From an uncultured Candidatus Peribacteria bacterium (GTDB taxonomy: Bacteria; Patescibacteriota; Gracilibacteria; Peribacterales; Peribacteraceae): a DNA stretch of 34,003 nucleotides. The translations under genes and the position numbers were made by a program. Shown here in pieces: positions 14,498 through 23,168 of this stretch (position 1 is its first letter; each line of letters starts with the position of its first letter). The stretch covers positions 1-34,003 of the forward strand of contig CAZWVP010000001.1 in NCBI GenBank assembly GCA_964636635.1. The letters are read 5' to 3'. The notes under the pieces were generated by a model. That model had not been told where the DNA came from. It did no database searches and was given only the letters and a program-made list of their open reading frames with translations.

Positions 14498-15382
14498 ATG
14501 CTCAAATACTCGTGCCTGCTCCTGCTCATTCTGATTCCGACTGCCTCCGTGCAAGCGGCGGAGATGTTGCACATTACCGAGACGCCGACATCGCACGGCA
14601 CCATCCCGCCAGGCAGCCAGCGCGTGCCGTTCCTGTCGCTCAAACTGGAGGCTCCTTGCGGCGGTGACGATGTGGAACTTCAATCTCTCACGTTTCGTCA
14701 CGGCGGTGCCGGAGCATTGCAAGATTTCGCCGCTTTGTACCTTCTGAGCGAAGCGGGCGAGAGACTTTCGTCGCCGCGCGCTTTCTCCGACCGCAGCGGC
14801 AAAATTACGTTGCCTCTTTCGGATTGGACGTTGCCCGCTTGCGCCACGCAAACGCTTGTCCTCGCGGCCGATATTTCCGCTTCCGCCAGTCCGGCGGCGG
14901 TGCATCGCTTGCAGTTTACCGGTATGGAACCTGCTCGCTCCTTTCAGCACACGATGGCAAAAGCCCTTGCCGCCGAGCCTATTCGCGTGCCGGCGGGGCG
15001 ACTGAAGTACGAATTTCTCACCGTCACGAAACGCCCGCGAGCCACGGTGCTCGGCACGTTGCATCGTTTCCAACTGGAAAACGACACGCAGGATGCTCAG
15101 GAGCTCCGCAGCATACACTTCACGCTCGGCGGCACCATTCGCGAAAGTGATCTCACCGGTCTGCAGCTGCGCCGGCACAACCAAGTATTGGCGAAGGCCG
15201 CGAAGGTGACGAAGACCGGGGTGACCTTTACGTTGAGCCAGCCGTTCGCGTTGCCACGCAGTTCCAGCATTCAGTTCAGCGTCATGGGCATTGTGCAGAG
15301 GCGCGCCTACGGCACGCTGTCATTTTCTATCCGGGACGCATCGGACATTGTTGTCCAGACCAGGCGCGAGCGCACCCGGTGA
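14498..15382 (+). CDS. Secreted hypothetical protein (294 aa) with two similar beta-rich halves
   Basis: Signal peptide MLKYSCLLLLILIPTASVQAAE. Both halves follow a similar pattern: a hydrophobic-alternating stretch, then L..L.F..GG, then T(L/F).L. Confidence 0.7.
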   Translation: MLKYSCLLLLILIPTASVQAAEMLHITETPTSHGTIPPGSQRVPFLSLKLEAPCGGDDVELQSLTFRHGGAGALQDFAALYLLSEAGERLSSPRAFSDRSGKITLPLSDWTLPACATQTLVLAADISASASPAAVHRLQFTGMEPARSFQHTMAKALAAEPIRVPAGRLKYEFLTVTKRPRATVLGTLHRFQLENDTQDAQELRSIHFTLGGTIRESDLTGLQLRRHNQVLAKAAKVTKTGVTFTLSQPFALPRSSSIQFSVMGIVQRRAYGTLSFSIRDASDIVVQTRRERTR

Positions 15383-15397
15383 CGCGAGCTCGATTTT

Positions 15398-16270
15398 GTG
15401 CCACACTTGGCTACCGTGAGACCACTATGGCTATTTGCGGGGGTCGTCGTACTGTCGGTGCAGGTTTCCGCCTGTGCGAAAGTTCGGCAGGTGTTGCCGG
15501 CGGCGCAAGTACTGGAGCGCGCCACCGTGGCGGGAACGCAATTGGAATCGGCACGTTTCACCTTGGCTCTGGATTGGACGGACAGTGACGGATCGTTGGT
15601 GGTGCAAGCTGACGGAGTCATGCAAAACGGCGGCAAGCAGCTCGGTGCCAGTTTTACGGGTGCGTACGTGCCTTCGTCGGGAATCGCGACCGAGCCCATC
15701 GAAGCGGCCGGGGAAGTTCGTTTGGTGAGCGGTACGGAACAGTACGTTCGTCTGCAAAAACTCTCGATATTGCCTGAAGAAGCTCGTCCGTTTCTGAATA
15801 CTTGGTGGAAGTTGCCCACGGCCGGCAGCGGTGAAATGTTGAGCGTGGAGGTGACGCCGGACCCGGTCATGCTTACTGCCCAGTCGGAATCGGTGCGACT
15901 GCTTCGTGACGACGGCATCGTGCAGCGCAACGGCGAGGACACCTACCATTACGCGGTGACCGTGGACGCGGAGAAACTGGAAACGGTTTTGGCAGCCATG
16001 AATGAGACCGACGAAGACGAGCCGTTGCCCGAGTGGTTGAACGCCGAGCAGGTGGAAGGGGAGCTTTGGATAGGTGCCGATGATTTCATTCTGCGCGAAG
16101 CCCGTTGGTTGGTGCGTGAAACGGCCGAAAATCCGTTGCCGCGAGGCACCCTTCGTTTTTCTCTCGATGACATCAACGACGCACCGGCCGTGAGCGTGCC
16201 ACCCAATGCTCCGGAATTCTCCTTCGATGCTTTCGGCATGCCGCCGAGCTTCCTCTCGCCCACGCCATGA
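15398..16270 (+). CDS. Lipoprotein, hypothetical (possibly a LolA/LppX-like fold)
   Basis: Signal peptide with lipobox VSAC (LWLFAGVVVLSVQVSAC). Alternative GTG start at 15416. No family confidently recognised. Confidence 0.7.
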   Translation: MPHLATVRPLWLFAGVVVLSVQVSACAKVRQVLPAAQVLERATVAGTQLESARFTLALDWTDSDGSLVVQADGVMQNGGKQLGASFTGAYVPSSGIATEPIEAAGEVRLVSGTEQYVRLQKLSILPEEARPFLNTWWKLPTAGSGEMLSVEVTPDPVMLTAQSESVRLLRDDGIVQRNGEDTYHYAVTVDAEKLETVLAAMNETDEDEPLPEWLNAEQVEGELWIGADDFILREARWLVRETAENPLPRGTLRFSLDDINDAPAVSVPPNAPEFSFDAFGMPPSFLSPTP

Positions 16271-18303
16271 CCCCCGAGCCGCTTCTCGACGGCATTACCG
16301 CGCCTCCGACTCCGACGACGGTTTCGCCGGCACCCGCGCAGTCCGTGCCTGTTCGCATCGACCCGCCCGTGTCGCCGGAACTGCGCAAACGCATGCGTTT
16401 CGCATTGGTCACGCTCGTCGGCGCCCCGTACGGCGTGTTCCTGCTCTGGTGTCTCATTCTCATCACCATTTTCCCGAATGCCAGCGGCGGCTTCGACGCC
16501 ATCATTCCGTTGGCCATCACCACCGGTGCGCTCGGTGCTTTCATAGCCATCGCCATTGGTGCGGTGGCGGGCATTCGCATTGCGGCCGTGCCCACCACCC
16601 CCGTCATTAAAGTATTCAGCGGTATTCGCTTGGCGGCCGTGGTGCTGCCCGGAGTCATACTCGGAGGCTGGGCCGCTCTGGCCGCGAGTTCAGAGCCTTC
16701 GTTGCCCTTGCGCATTACGGCGCCCACCGATGCCAAGCAAGTGGTGGCCCCGTTGGCGGTGACGTTCAGTGCCGAAGAAGCCATGGAAATCGTCGCCAAG
16801 CGCAACAAGTCCGGCGTCAGTTTCGCTTGGGATTTCGACGGTGACGGTGTCGCGAACGACACCACCGTACTGCCCGTGGCTACGGCCGTGTACGACAAGG
16901 CCGGCGTGTACGCGGTGAGTGTGATCGTAAAACTCAGTGACGGTACCACGCGCACGCTCAAGCGGCAGCTCAGCATTCCCAGGCAGGTCTTCAGCGTGAC
17001 GCCTCTGCAGCCGCTCGTCGACCAACCTCTCACGTTCGATCTCACGAACCTGATTGCAACCCCCGAAGACATTCGTGGCGTGCAGTGGGATTACGAAAGC
17101 GACGGGAAAATCGATCACGAAGGCCCCGAAGCGCAGGTGAGCACCACCTACGTACGCACGGGCGATGTGACCGTGACCGCCGTGGTGACGTTGAACAACC
17201 AGACGAAGCAAGAACTCAAGCGCACCATCACCATCAGCGAGCCTCTGCCGCAGCCGTTTGCAGCCGAGATTGTTTCCGAACCGCTCATGCTCGTGAGCCC
17301 CACGCCGTTCCAGACGAAGTTCTCCGTCTCCACCGAAGAGAACGTGAAAGACGTGACGTGGGATTTCGGCGACGGCGGCAAAGCCGAAGGGCGCGAAGTG
17401 GGACACACCTTCGAGAAGAAAGGCCAGTTCTTGGTCACCGCCCGCTTGCGCAGCGCCGATACGGGCGAGACAACCGTTGTCTCCAAAGTGGTGAAGGCAA
17501 CAGATCTCCTGAAAATTCCCAATTTGCAATTCAACGGCGAACCGAAAGTGGATGAACAACGCGGCATGATAAGCGGCGAAGTGCCGTTGACCCTCAAGCT
17601 CACGCCCGTGGCCGACCCGCTCATCGATTTCTCTTGGGAGGTGCCCGAGGCGAGCGAGGTGGGCTCCACCGTCACGGCTCTGCAGGCCATTTACCGCCGT
17701 CCGGGAACGTACTCTCTGTATTTGGTGGCGCAAGCGCCCGACGGCAAATCGTTCCGTCGCAAGTACGTGGTGGAAGTTCGGCCGCCGTCTTCGTTCGTGG
17801 TCATTCGCACGGACCGCGAAGGCGGCGATGCGCCTTTCGCCGTTACGTTCGATGCTTCGGAAACCATCATTCCCGGCGAAACCATCAGCGGCTTCGAGTG
17901 GCTCTTCGGCCAAGGGAAGGAAGAGAAGCCAGTCCAGGCAGGCGCCATCGTGCGTCACACCTTTGCCAAACCCGGCACGTACATGGTCACCGCCACCGCC
18001 AAAACCACGAAGGGCGGCGCGTATCAATCCACCAAAACCATCGTGGTGCGCGCACCGCTTCTCAAAGCGTGTGTAACCGCCAGTCGCACGGAAGGTGCCG
18101 TACCGTTGGGTGTGAAGTTCGACAGCACCTGCACCGCAGGTACGCCGGTTTCGTACGAATGGGATTTCGGCGACGAGGCCAAAACGGATGAGGAGAATCC
18201 CACGCACGTCTTCGCCTCTTCTGGCAGCTTTACGGTTACCTTGAAGGTGACGGATAGCGCTGGTACGCTCAGCACCGATTCTCTTACCGTCACCGCAAAA
18301 TGA
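16267..18303 (+). CDS. Membrane protein with N-terminal TM helices and about 5 PKD-like Ig domains
   Basis: Repeated WDFDGDG / WDYESDGK / WDFGDGG..GHTF / WLFGQG..HTF..PGTY.VT / WDFGDE..NPTHVF..SGSFTVTLKVTD motifs. ATGA overlap with the upstream gene. Confidence 0.85.
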   Translation: MTPEPLLDGITAPPTPTTVSPAPAQSVPVRIDPPVSPELRKRMRFALVTLVGAPYGVFLLWCLILITIFPNASGGFDAIIPLAITTGALGAFIAIAIGAVAGIRIAAVPTTPVIKVFSGIRLAAVVLPGVILGGWAALAASSEPSLPLRITAPTDAKQVVAPLAVTFSAEEAMEIVAKRNKSGVSFAWDFDGDGVANDTTVLPVATAVYDKAGVYAVSVIVKLSDGTTRTLKRQLSIPRQVFSVTPLQPLVDQPLTFDLTNLIATPEDIRGVQWDYESDGKIDHEGPEAQVSTTYVRTGDVTVTAVVTLNNQTKQELKRTITISEPLPQPFAAEIVSEPLMLVSPTPFQTKFSVSTEENVKDVTWDFGDGGKAEGREVGHTFEKKGQFLVTARLRSADTGETTVVSKVVKATDLLKIPNLQFNGEPKVDEQRGMISGEVPLTLKLTPVADPLIDFSWEVPEASEVGSTVTALQAIYRRPGTYSLYLVAQAPDGKSFRRKYVVEVRPPSSFVVIRTDREGGDAPFAVTFDASETIIPGETISGFEWLFGQGKEEKPVQAGAIVRHTFAKPGTYMVTATAKTTKGGAYQSTKTIVVRAPLLKACVTASRTEGAVPLGVKFDSTCTAGTPVSYEWDFGDEAKTDEENPTHVFASSGSFTVTLKVTDSAGTLSTDSLTVTAK

Positions 18304-18395
18304 AGCAGAAAACTCTCGTTCGCGGCATGGCCATCGTGGCCGTCGTCGCCATCATTCTCGGCGCGCTGCTGCCGGCTGCGTCCATGTTCGTTTAG
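18300..18395 (+). CDS. Possible 31-aa single-TM micropeptide (MKQKTLVRGMAIVAVVAIILGALLPAASMFV)
   Basis: Found manually; below the ORF-track size cut-off. Its ATG overlaps the PKD gene stop (ATGA). Its 3' end overlaps the convergent tsaD stop by 4 nt. Confidence 0.35.
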   Translation: MKQKTLVRGMAIVAVVAIILGALLPAASMFV

Positions 18396-19351
18396 CGCGA
18401 AAACTCCGCCGCCGCGGCAATCATGGCCGCGTTGTCGGTGCAGTAGGAAATGTGCACGGGCGTGCGTACCTGTATGCCGGGGAGAGATGCAATCAGCGAA
18501 GAGCGGAGGGTGGCGTTCGCGGAGACTCCGCCCACCACGTGCAGTTCTTTCACTTGGGGGTGCGCCTCGAAAGCTTTGAGCACGCGGTCGCACAAGTGAC
18601 GGCAAATGGCTCGTTCGAAGGAGGCCGCCAGATTTTCCAGAGGCAGCGCATCGGCTGGCAGTTTTGCGAGCAAATATCGCAGTGAGGTTTTGAGGCCTGA
18701 AAAACTGAAATCCAACGTACTTTCGCCGGCAAACGGCAGTGGAAAGGAAAAAGCGGTCGCGTCGCCTGTTTTGGCCAGACGCGAAATGGCCGGGCCGCCG
18801 GGGTAGGGAAGTCCGAGCAAGCTGGCACCTTTGTCGAAGGCTTCGCCGGCGGCATCGTCACGGGTTTTGCCCAAGAGCGTTTGGCTTGTGTGGCTTTGGC
18901 GCAGCCACAATTCCGTGTGGCCGCCCGAAGCGGTGAGGCAGAGCAGCGGGAACACGGGTTCGAAGGTCTCACTCGTATGTTTGCCAAAAAGCCATGTGGA
19001 CGCCATATGTCCGTGAATGTGGTCCACGCAAAACAGAGGCTTGCCATGAATGCTCGCCAATGTGCGTGCCGTTGTAGTGCCTACCAGCAGCGAGCCCGTC
19101 AAACCGGGACTGACCGTACAGGCGATGGCATCGATGTCATCCCACGTTTTTTCGGCTTGCGAAAAACAGGCGTGCAGAGCCGGCAAGATCAATTTTAGTT
19201 GTTCGCGTGCGGCCACTTCGGGAATCACGCCACCCAAACCGCGGAATGCATCCTGCTGGCTGCTTATGACCGAAGCCTCCACCCACCGCCCGTCACGCAC
19301 GATGGCTACGGCGGTCTCGTCGCACGATGTTTCAATACCCAAAATGCGCAT
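18392..19351 (-). CDS. tsaD: tRNA N6-adenosine threonylcarbamoyltransferase
   Basis: MRILGIETSCDET, VDHIHGHM, GGVSAN and YCTDNAAMIA motifs. Start trimmed to ATG 19349-19351. Confidence 0.9.
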   Translation of the reverse strand: MRILGIETSCDETAVAIVRDGRWVEASVISSQQDAFRGLGGVIPEVAAREQLKLILPALHACFSQAEKTWDDIDAIACTVSPGLTGSLLVGTTTARTLASIHGKPLFCVDHIHGHMASTWLFGKHTSETFEPVFPLLCLTASGGHTELWLRQSHTSQTLLGKTRDDAAGEAFDKGASLLGLPYPGGPAISRLAKTGDATAFSFPLPFAGESTLDFSFSGLKTSLRYLLAKLPADALPLENLAASFERAICRHLCDRVLKAFEAHPQVKELHVVGGVSANATLRSSLIASLPGIQVRTPVHISYCTDNAAMIAAAAEFSR

Positions 19352-19392
19352 TGGCCTCACTGTACGCGATCCGCCTCCGTCTGGGGAAATTA

Positions 19393-19420
19393 TTGTAAAA
19401 TTATGAAAATATTGTATAAT
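19393..19420 (+). promoter_or_regulatory. Near-consensus promoter TTGTAA-16-TATAAT, with ATG 8 nt downstream
   Basis: tatTTGTAAaattatgaaaatattgTATAATatacataaATG, in an AT-rich 77-bp intergenic region. Confidence 0.65.
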
Positions 19421-19428
19421 ATACATAA

Positions 19429-20127
19429 ATGGCAAAACGTCATCCACACACACAAAAACGGCGCGGTGTCCTCGGGGTGTGCTTTCTGCTCTGCAGCTCA
19501 CTCTTCGTTTGGGTGTATTCACTCCAAATGACGGCCATGCTGCCGCTGGCAAACAGCATCGACCCGTTCGTCAGGCAGGACGCAGGCCACGCCGCCGCAC
19601 CCGTTGCGGAGCCGGAAAAACCGAGAGCCAGCGAGCTTCTGACGTGGGGATACGAGCCTGCAGCCTACGTGCTGAGCATTCCGCGCTTGGAAGTGCAAGC
19701 GCCGGTGCTGCGCACTCCGTCGCAGTTTTGGGATACCCAAGATTGGGCGTTGCTTGAACATCAAATGCAGGCGGGTCTGCGCCATGGCACCGTGGCGTAT
19801 CCGCATTCCGTCGAACCGGGCGAAATCGGCAACATCATCATTGCGGGTCACAGCAGCGCACCCGACCCCCTTACCGCTAAGAGTGAGTTTGCCGACGTTT
19901 TCGCCGATTTGTCGCAGGTGCGCATCGGCGACCGTGTGCTGCTGAAAACCGGTGGAAGAACCGTGACGTATCTGGTTCAAGACATGCGCGTGGTGACCCC
20001 CGAGCAAACGGATGTGCTTTTGCCTCAGCGCAAAACCGCCGATTTGAAAATCATCACCTGTCATCCGCTCGGCACGAGTAAAAACCGTTTGGTGGTGACG
20101 GCGCGAGCGGAAGGCGACAGCGACTAG
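19429..20127 (+). CDS. Sortase-family transpeptidase (membrane anchored)
   Basis: N-terminal TM, His motif NIIIAGHS, Cys motif LKIITCHP, and a downstream Arg (NRLVVTA). Confidence 0.85.
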   Translation: MAKRHPHTQKRRGVLGVCFLLCSSLFVWVYSLQMTAMLPLANSIDPFVRQDAGHAAAPVAEPEKPRASELLTWGYEPAAYVLSIPRLEVQAPVLRTPSQFWDTQDWALLEHQMQAGLRHGTVAYPHSVEPGEIGNIIIAGHSSAPDPLTAKSEFADVFADLSQVRIGDRVLLKTGGRTVTYLVQDMRVVTPEQTDVLLPQRKTADLKIITCHPLGTSKNRLVVTARAEGDSD

Positions 20128-20131
20128 TTTT

Positions 20132-20920
20132 GTGTGGCACACTGTTCGGGTGATTGCGTTTTTTCCCACACGGGCGGTCGCGCTGGTACTCGGCCCTTTG
20201 CATGTTCACTGGTACGGACTCTTGTATTTGACGGCTTTTCTGCTGGGCTACGTTTTGGTGCAGCGTCTTCAGCACCATCGGAATTTGCGTCTTTCGAACG
20301 ACGAATGGTCCGCCTTTCTCTCGTACGTCGTGCTGGGCGTCATCGTCGGCGGGCGTTTGGGTTTCGCGCTCTTCTACGAACCCGTCTACTTCATGGCTCA
20401 TCCGCTGGAAGTGTTTGCGGTGTGGCAAGGGGGTATGTCTTCCCATGGCGGTTTTCTCGGCGTGAGCTTGGCTTTGCTGCTGTTTCGCCATCGTCATCGT
20501 TTGCCGTTTTTGGCTTTGACCGACACCGTCATCGTCCCCGTCGCCATCGGTTTGGCGTTGGGTCGTTTGGGGAATTTTATCAACCAGGAACTCTACGGCA
20601 TCGTCACCACGCTGCCTTGGGGCACTGCCATCCCGGGCGTGGACGGCTTGCGTCACCCCACCGCCCTGTATGCCGTGACGAAAGATCTCTTCATCGCTAC
20701 GGTGTGTTTTTTGCATCTGCGCCGAGCGCCGTTCATACCCGGACGCACGACCGCGTTGTTTCTGGTTCTCTACGGCATGCTTCGTTTCGCCTTGGAGTAC
20801 CTGCGTGAACAGCCGTACGGGTACGTTTACAGTCTCAGCTTGGGCCAGGCGTATACGTTGCCGGTCATTGTACTCGGCATCGCTCTGTGGGCATTCACCA
20901 TGCGCCGCAAGTTGCCCTAA
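20132..20920 (+). CDS. lgt: Prolipoprotein diacylglyceryl transferase
   Basis: GPLHVHWYGLLY, GGMSSHGG and GRLGNFINQELYG motifs. GTG start at 20132; an alternative in-frame GTG is at 20150. Confidence 0.9.
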   Translation: MWHTVRVIAFFPTRAVALVLGPLHVHWYGLLYLTAFLLGYVLVQRLQHHRNLRLSNDEWSAFLSYVVLGVIVGGRLGFALFYEPVYFMAHPLEVFAVWQGGMSSHGGFLGVSLALLLFRHRHRLPFLALTDTVIVPVAIGLALGRLGNFINQELYGIVTTLPWGTAIPGVDGLRHPTALYAVTKDLFIATVCFLHLRRAPFIPGRTTALFLVLYGMLRFALEYLREQPYGYVYSLSLGQAYTLPVIVLGIALWAFTMRRKLP

Positions 20921-21486
20921 CGCAGGTGAATGAAGGTTTGCCGGTGCAGAGTGCTCAAGCCGTGTTGGCGCAGGGCTTTCACGTGAGAGGCACTTCCGTA
21001 GCCTTTGTGTTTTTCAAAACCGTACTGCGGAAATGTTTTGGCGTACGCAATCATCAGGCGGTCACGCGTGACTTTCGCCACGATGGACGCCGCGCTGATG
21101 CAGGCTTCCGTAGCGTCTCCGCGAATGATGCTTGTGTGGGGAACGGAAAAGGAAAATTTGTCGCGTCCGTCCACGAGCAACTCGTCGGTTTTCGTCTGCA
21201 CGAGCAGAGCCTTTACGGCGTCTTGCATGGCGCCTTCCGTGGCGGCAAGAATGCGTTTGGCGTCTATGAACTTCGCCGTGCGTTTGCCCACGCCGAAGAG
21301 ACAGTGTTTGGAAATCCACTCGTACGCTTCGTCACGTTGTTTCGGCGTGAGGGCTTTGCTGTCTCGAATGAAGCGCGGCACGCGCACATTCGCAGGCAAT
21401 ACGCAGGCCGCGGCCACCACCGGCCCCGCCAAGGCACCTCTGCCCGCTTCGTCCACTCCGGCGACTGTTGTCTTCGGCTTCTTCAT
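20917..21486 (-). CDS. rnhB: Ribonuclease HII
   Basis: VAGVDEAGRGALAGPVVAAA, DSK, and SIVAKVTRD...GYGS motifs. Its ATG overlaps the stop of the upstream Mur ligase gene (ATGA). Confidence 0.9.
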   Translation of the reverse strand: MKKPKTTVAGVDEAGRGALAGPVVAAACVLPANVRVPRFIRDSKALTPKQRDEAYEWISKHCLFGVGKRTAKFIDAKRILAATEGAMQDAVKALLVQTKTDELLVDGRDKFSFSVPHTSIIRGDATEACISAASIVAKVTRDRLMIAYAKTFPQYGFEKHKGYGSASHVKALRQHGLSTLHRQTFIHLR

Positions 21487-22802
21487 GAAGCGATGATCTG
21501 TGTCAGCAAGTCCTTGGCAATCTCTCTTTCGTTCCAGGGAATTTGCCCCGCAGCGGTCCACATGGTGACGTCTGCGCCCTTGCCGCAGAGCAGCACCACG
21601 TCGCCGGGTTTCGCTTCGCGGAATATGAAGCGCAAGGCATCCAGACGGTCGACGATGCGGTGCAGCTGCGTGAGCTTCGCGTCGGCGCCGGCAATCACTT
21701 CGTCGATGATCGTTTCGGGATTTTCCGTGTAGGGGTCTTCATTCGTCACCACCATGACGTGCGCGTGACGACTGACGATGCCTCCCACTTCGGGTCGCTT
21801 CTCCTTCATGCGGTCGCCGCAACTGCCGCACAGCACGAGGAGTCGTTTGTCCGGCGAAAGGTTTTTGCGAATGGTCGAAAGCGTTTTTTCGTATGACTGC
21901 GGCGTGACGGTGAAATCGACGAAGACCGTGAAAGGTTGGCCCGCCTCGATTCTTTCCATGCGTCCAGGAACGCCGCGGAACGTGCCGAGCGAACGTACCA
22001 ACGATTCAAGCGAGAGTGTTTGAGAGAGAGCATGCGCGCAAGCCAGCGCACAGAGCGCATTCTCCACGTTGAACGCACCGGGAACGTCGAGTGTGAGAGG
22101 CATCTGTACTTCTGTTTTTTCCAGACGCGCGTGGAGCGTCGCTTTCGAACCGGAAACATCGCCGAAAACTTCACTTACCCAGAAGGCATGATCTGCAGAC
22201 GGCGGCACGGCTCCGGATGAGTACGGAAAATTGCGCGCATCTTCCGCGCGGACCTTTTCCAAACGTTCGTACGACGCATCTCCGTAATGCAGGACTTTCG
22301 TTCCGCCTCGTCGCAGTTTGACGAACAGCAACATTTTGGCTTCCAGGTAACGCTTCATGTCGCCGTGGTAATCCAAATGTTCCGGCGAAATGTTCGTGAT
22401 GGCCGCGACCGCGGGGAACGTCCAATCCACGCGCCCTTGCAGCAAGCCGTGCGAAGAACATTCCAGAACGACATGCGTGCAGCCCGCTTTCACGCAGTCG
22501 CGCAGAAATCGTTGCACGATGAACGGCGAAGGCGACGTTTTCTGGGTGGGGTTCAAAGTCACTGTTCCCCGTATGCGAAAAAAGGCCGTGGAAAGCGCTC
22601 CCGTCGCGATGTCGTTTTCGTGGAGAATATGCGCCAACATGCCGACCGTCGTGGTTTTTCCGTCGGTGCCGGTAACGCCGACGATCGTGAGTCGGTTTGC
22701 CGGAAAGCCGTAGCGCAAAGCGGCAAGCAGAGCTTTGCTTCTGTGCCAGAAGAGTCGCAGCGGGTGTGTTTCGGCCAGAAGGCCGTGCACGAACGATTTC
22801 AC
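21483..22802 (-). CDS. Mur ligase family protein, MurE-like (UDP-MurNAc-tripeptide synthetase-like), lacking an obvious N-terminal domain
   Basis: VGVTGTDGKTTT P-loop, ITNISPEHLDYHG, and C-terminal VVTNEDPYTENP. GTG start overlaps the upstream stop (GTGA). Confidence 0.8.
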   Translation of the reverse strand: MKSFVHGLLAETHPLRLFWHRSKALLAALRYGFPANRLTIVGVTGTDGKTTTVGMLAHILHENDIATGALSTAFFRIRGTVTLNPTQKTSPSPFIVQRFLRDCVKAGCTHVVLECSSHGLLQGRVDWTFPAVAAITNISPEHLDYHGDMKRYLEAKMLLFVKLRRGGTKVLHYGDASYERLEKVRAEDARNFPYSSGAVPPSADHAFWVSEVFGDVSGSKATLHARLEKTEVQMPLTLDVPGAFNVENALCALACAHALSQTLSLESLVRSLGTFRGVPGRMERIEAGQPFTVFVDFTVTPQSYEKTLSTIRKNLSPDKRLLVLCGSCGDRMKEKRPEVGGIVSRHAHVMVVTNEDPYTENPETIIDEVIAGADAKLTQLHRIVDRLDALRFIFREAKPGDVVLLCGKGADVTMWTAAGQIPWNEREIAKDLLTQIIAS

Positions 22803-23164
22803 GTGCCGATCATAGCACGAACGGCCGCCACGTCGGTCGCAATTTGCACGCGTAATGCGTCGGGGTCGGGGAACTCACGCACGTCGCGCAGACGTCCCAC
22901 CACTTCGACTTCCAAGCGCGGGGGCAGCGTTTCCAGTACGACGTCCAGCAGGTGCACTTCGGCGCTGAGGCCTTCGTGGAAGGTGGGTTTCGGTCCGTAA
23001 TGCAAGGCGGCAGCATGCCAGGTTTCGCCGTTGACGGAAGCTCGCGCGGCGTACACGCCTTCGCAAAAATCACTCGGCAGTTCCCGTACGTTCAAATTGA
23101 CGGTGGGAAAACCGAGAGCGTGTCCGCGAGACGAGCCGCTCACAGAAGAGGCGGAAAAGCGCAT
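22799..23164 (-). CDS. Riboflavin kinase (stand-alone RibF C-terminal-type domain)
   Basis: GHALGFPTVNL, GVYA, PTF..., EVHLLD and LRDVREFPDPDALRVQIATD motifs. ATG 23162-23164 was chosen to avoid overlapping the upstream gene. Confidence 0.8.
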   Translation of the reverse strand: MRFSASSVSGSSRGHALGFPTVNLNVRELPSDFCEGVYAARASVNGETWHAAALHYGPKPTFHEGLSAEVHLLDVVLETLPPRLEVEVVGRLRDVREFPDPDALRVQIATDVAAVRAMIGT

Positions 23165-23168
23165 ACGA

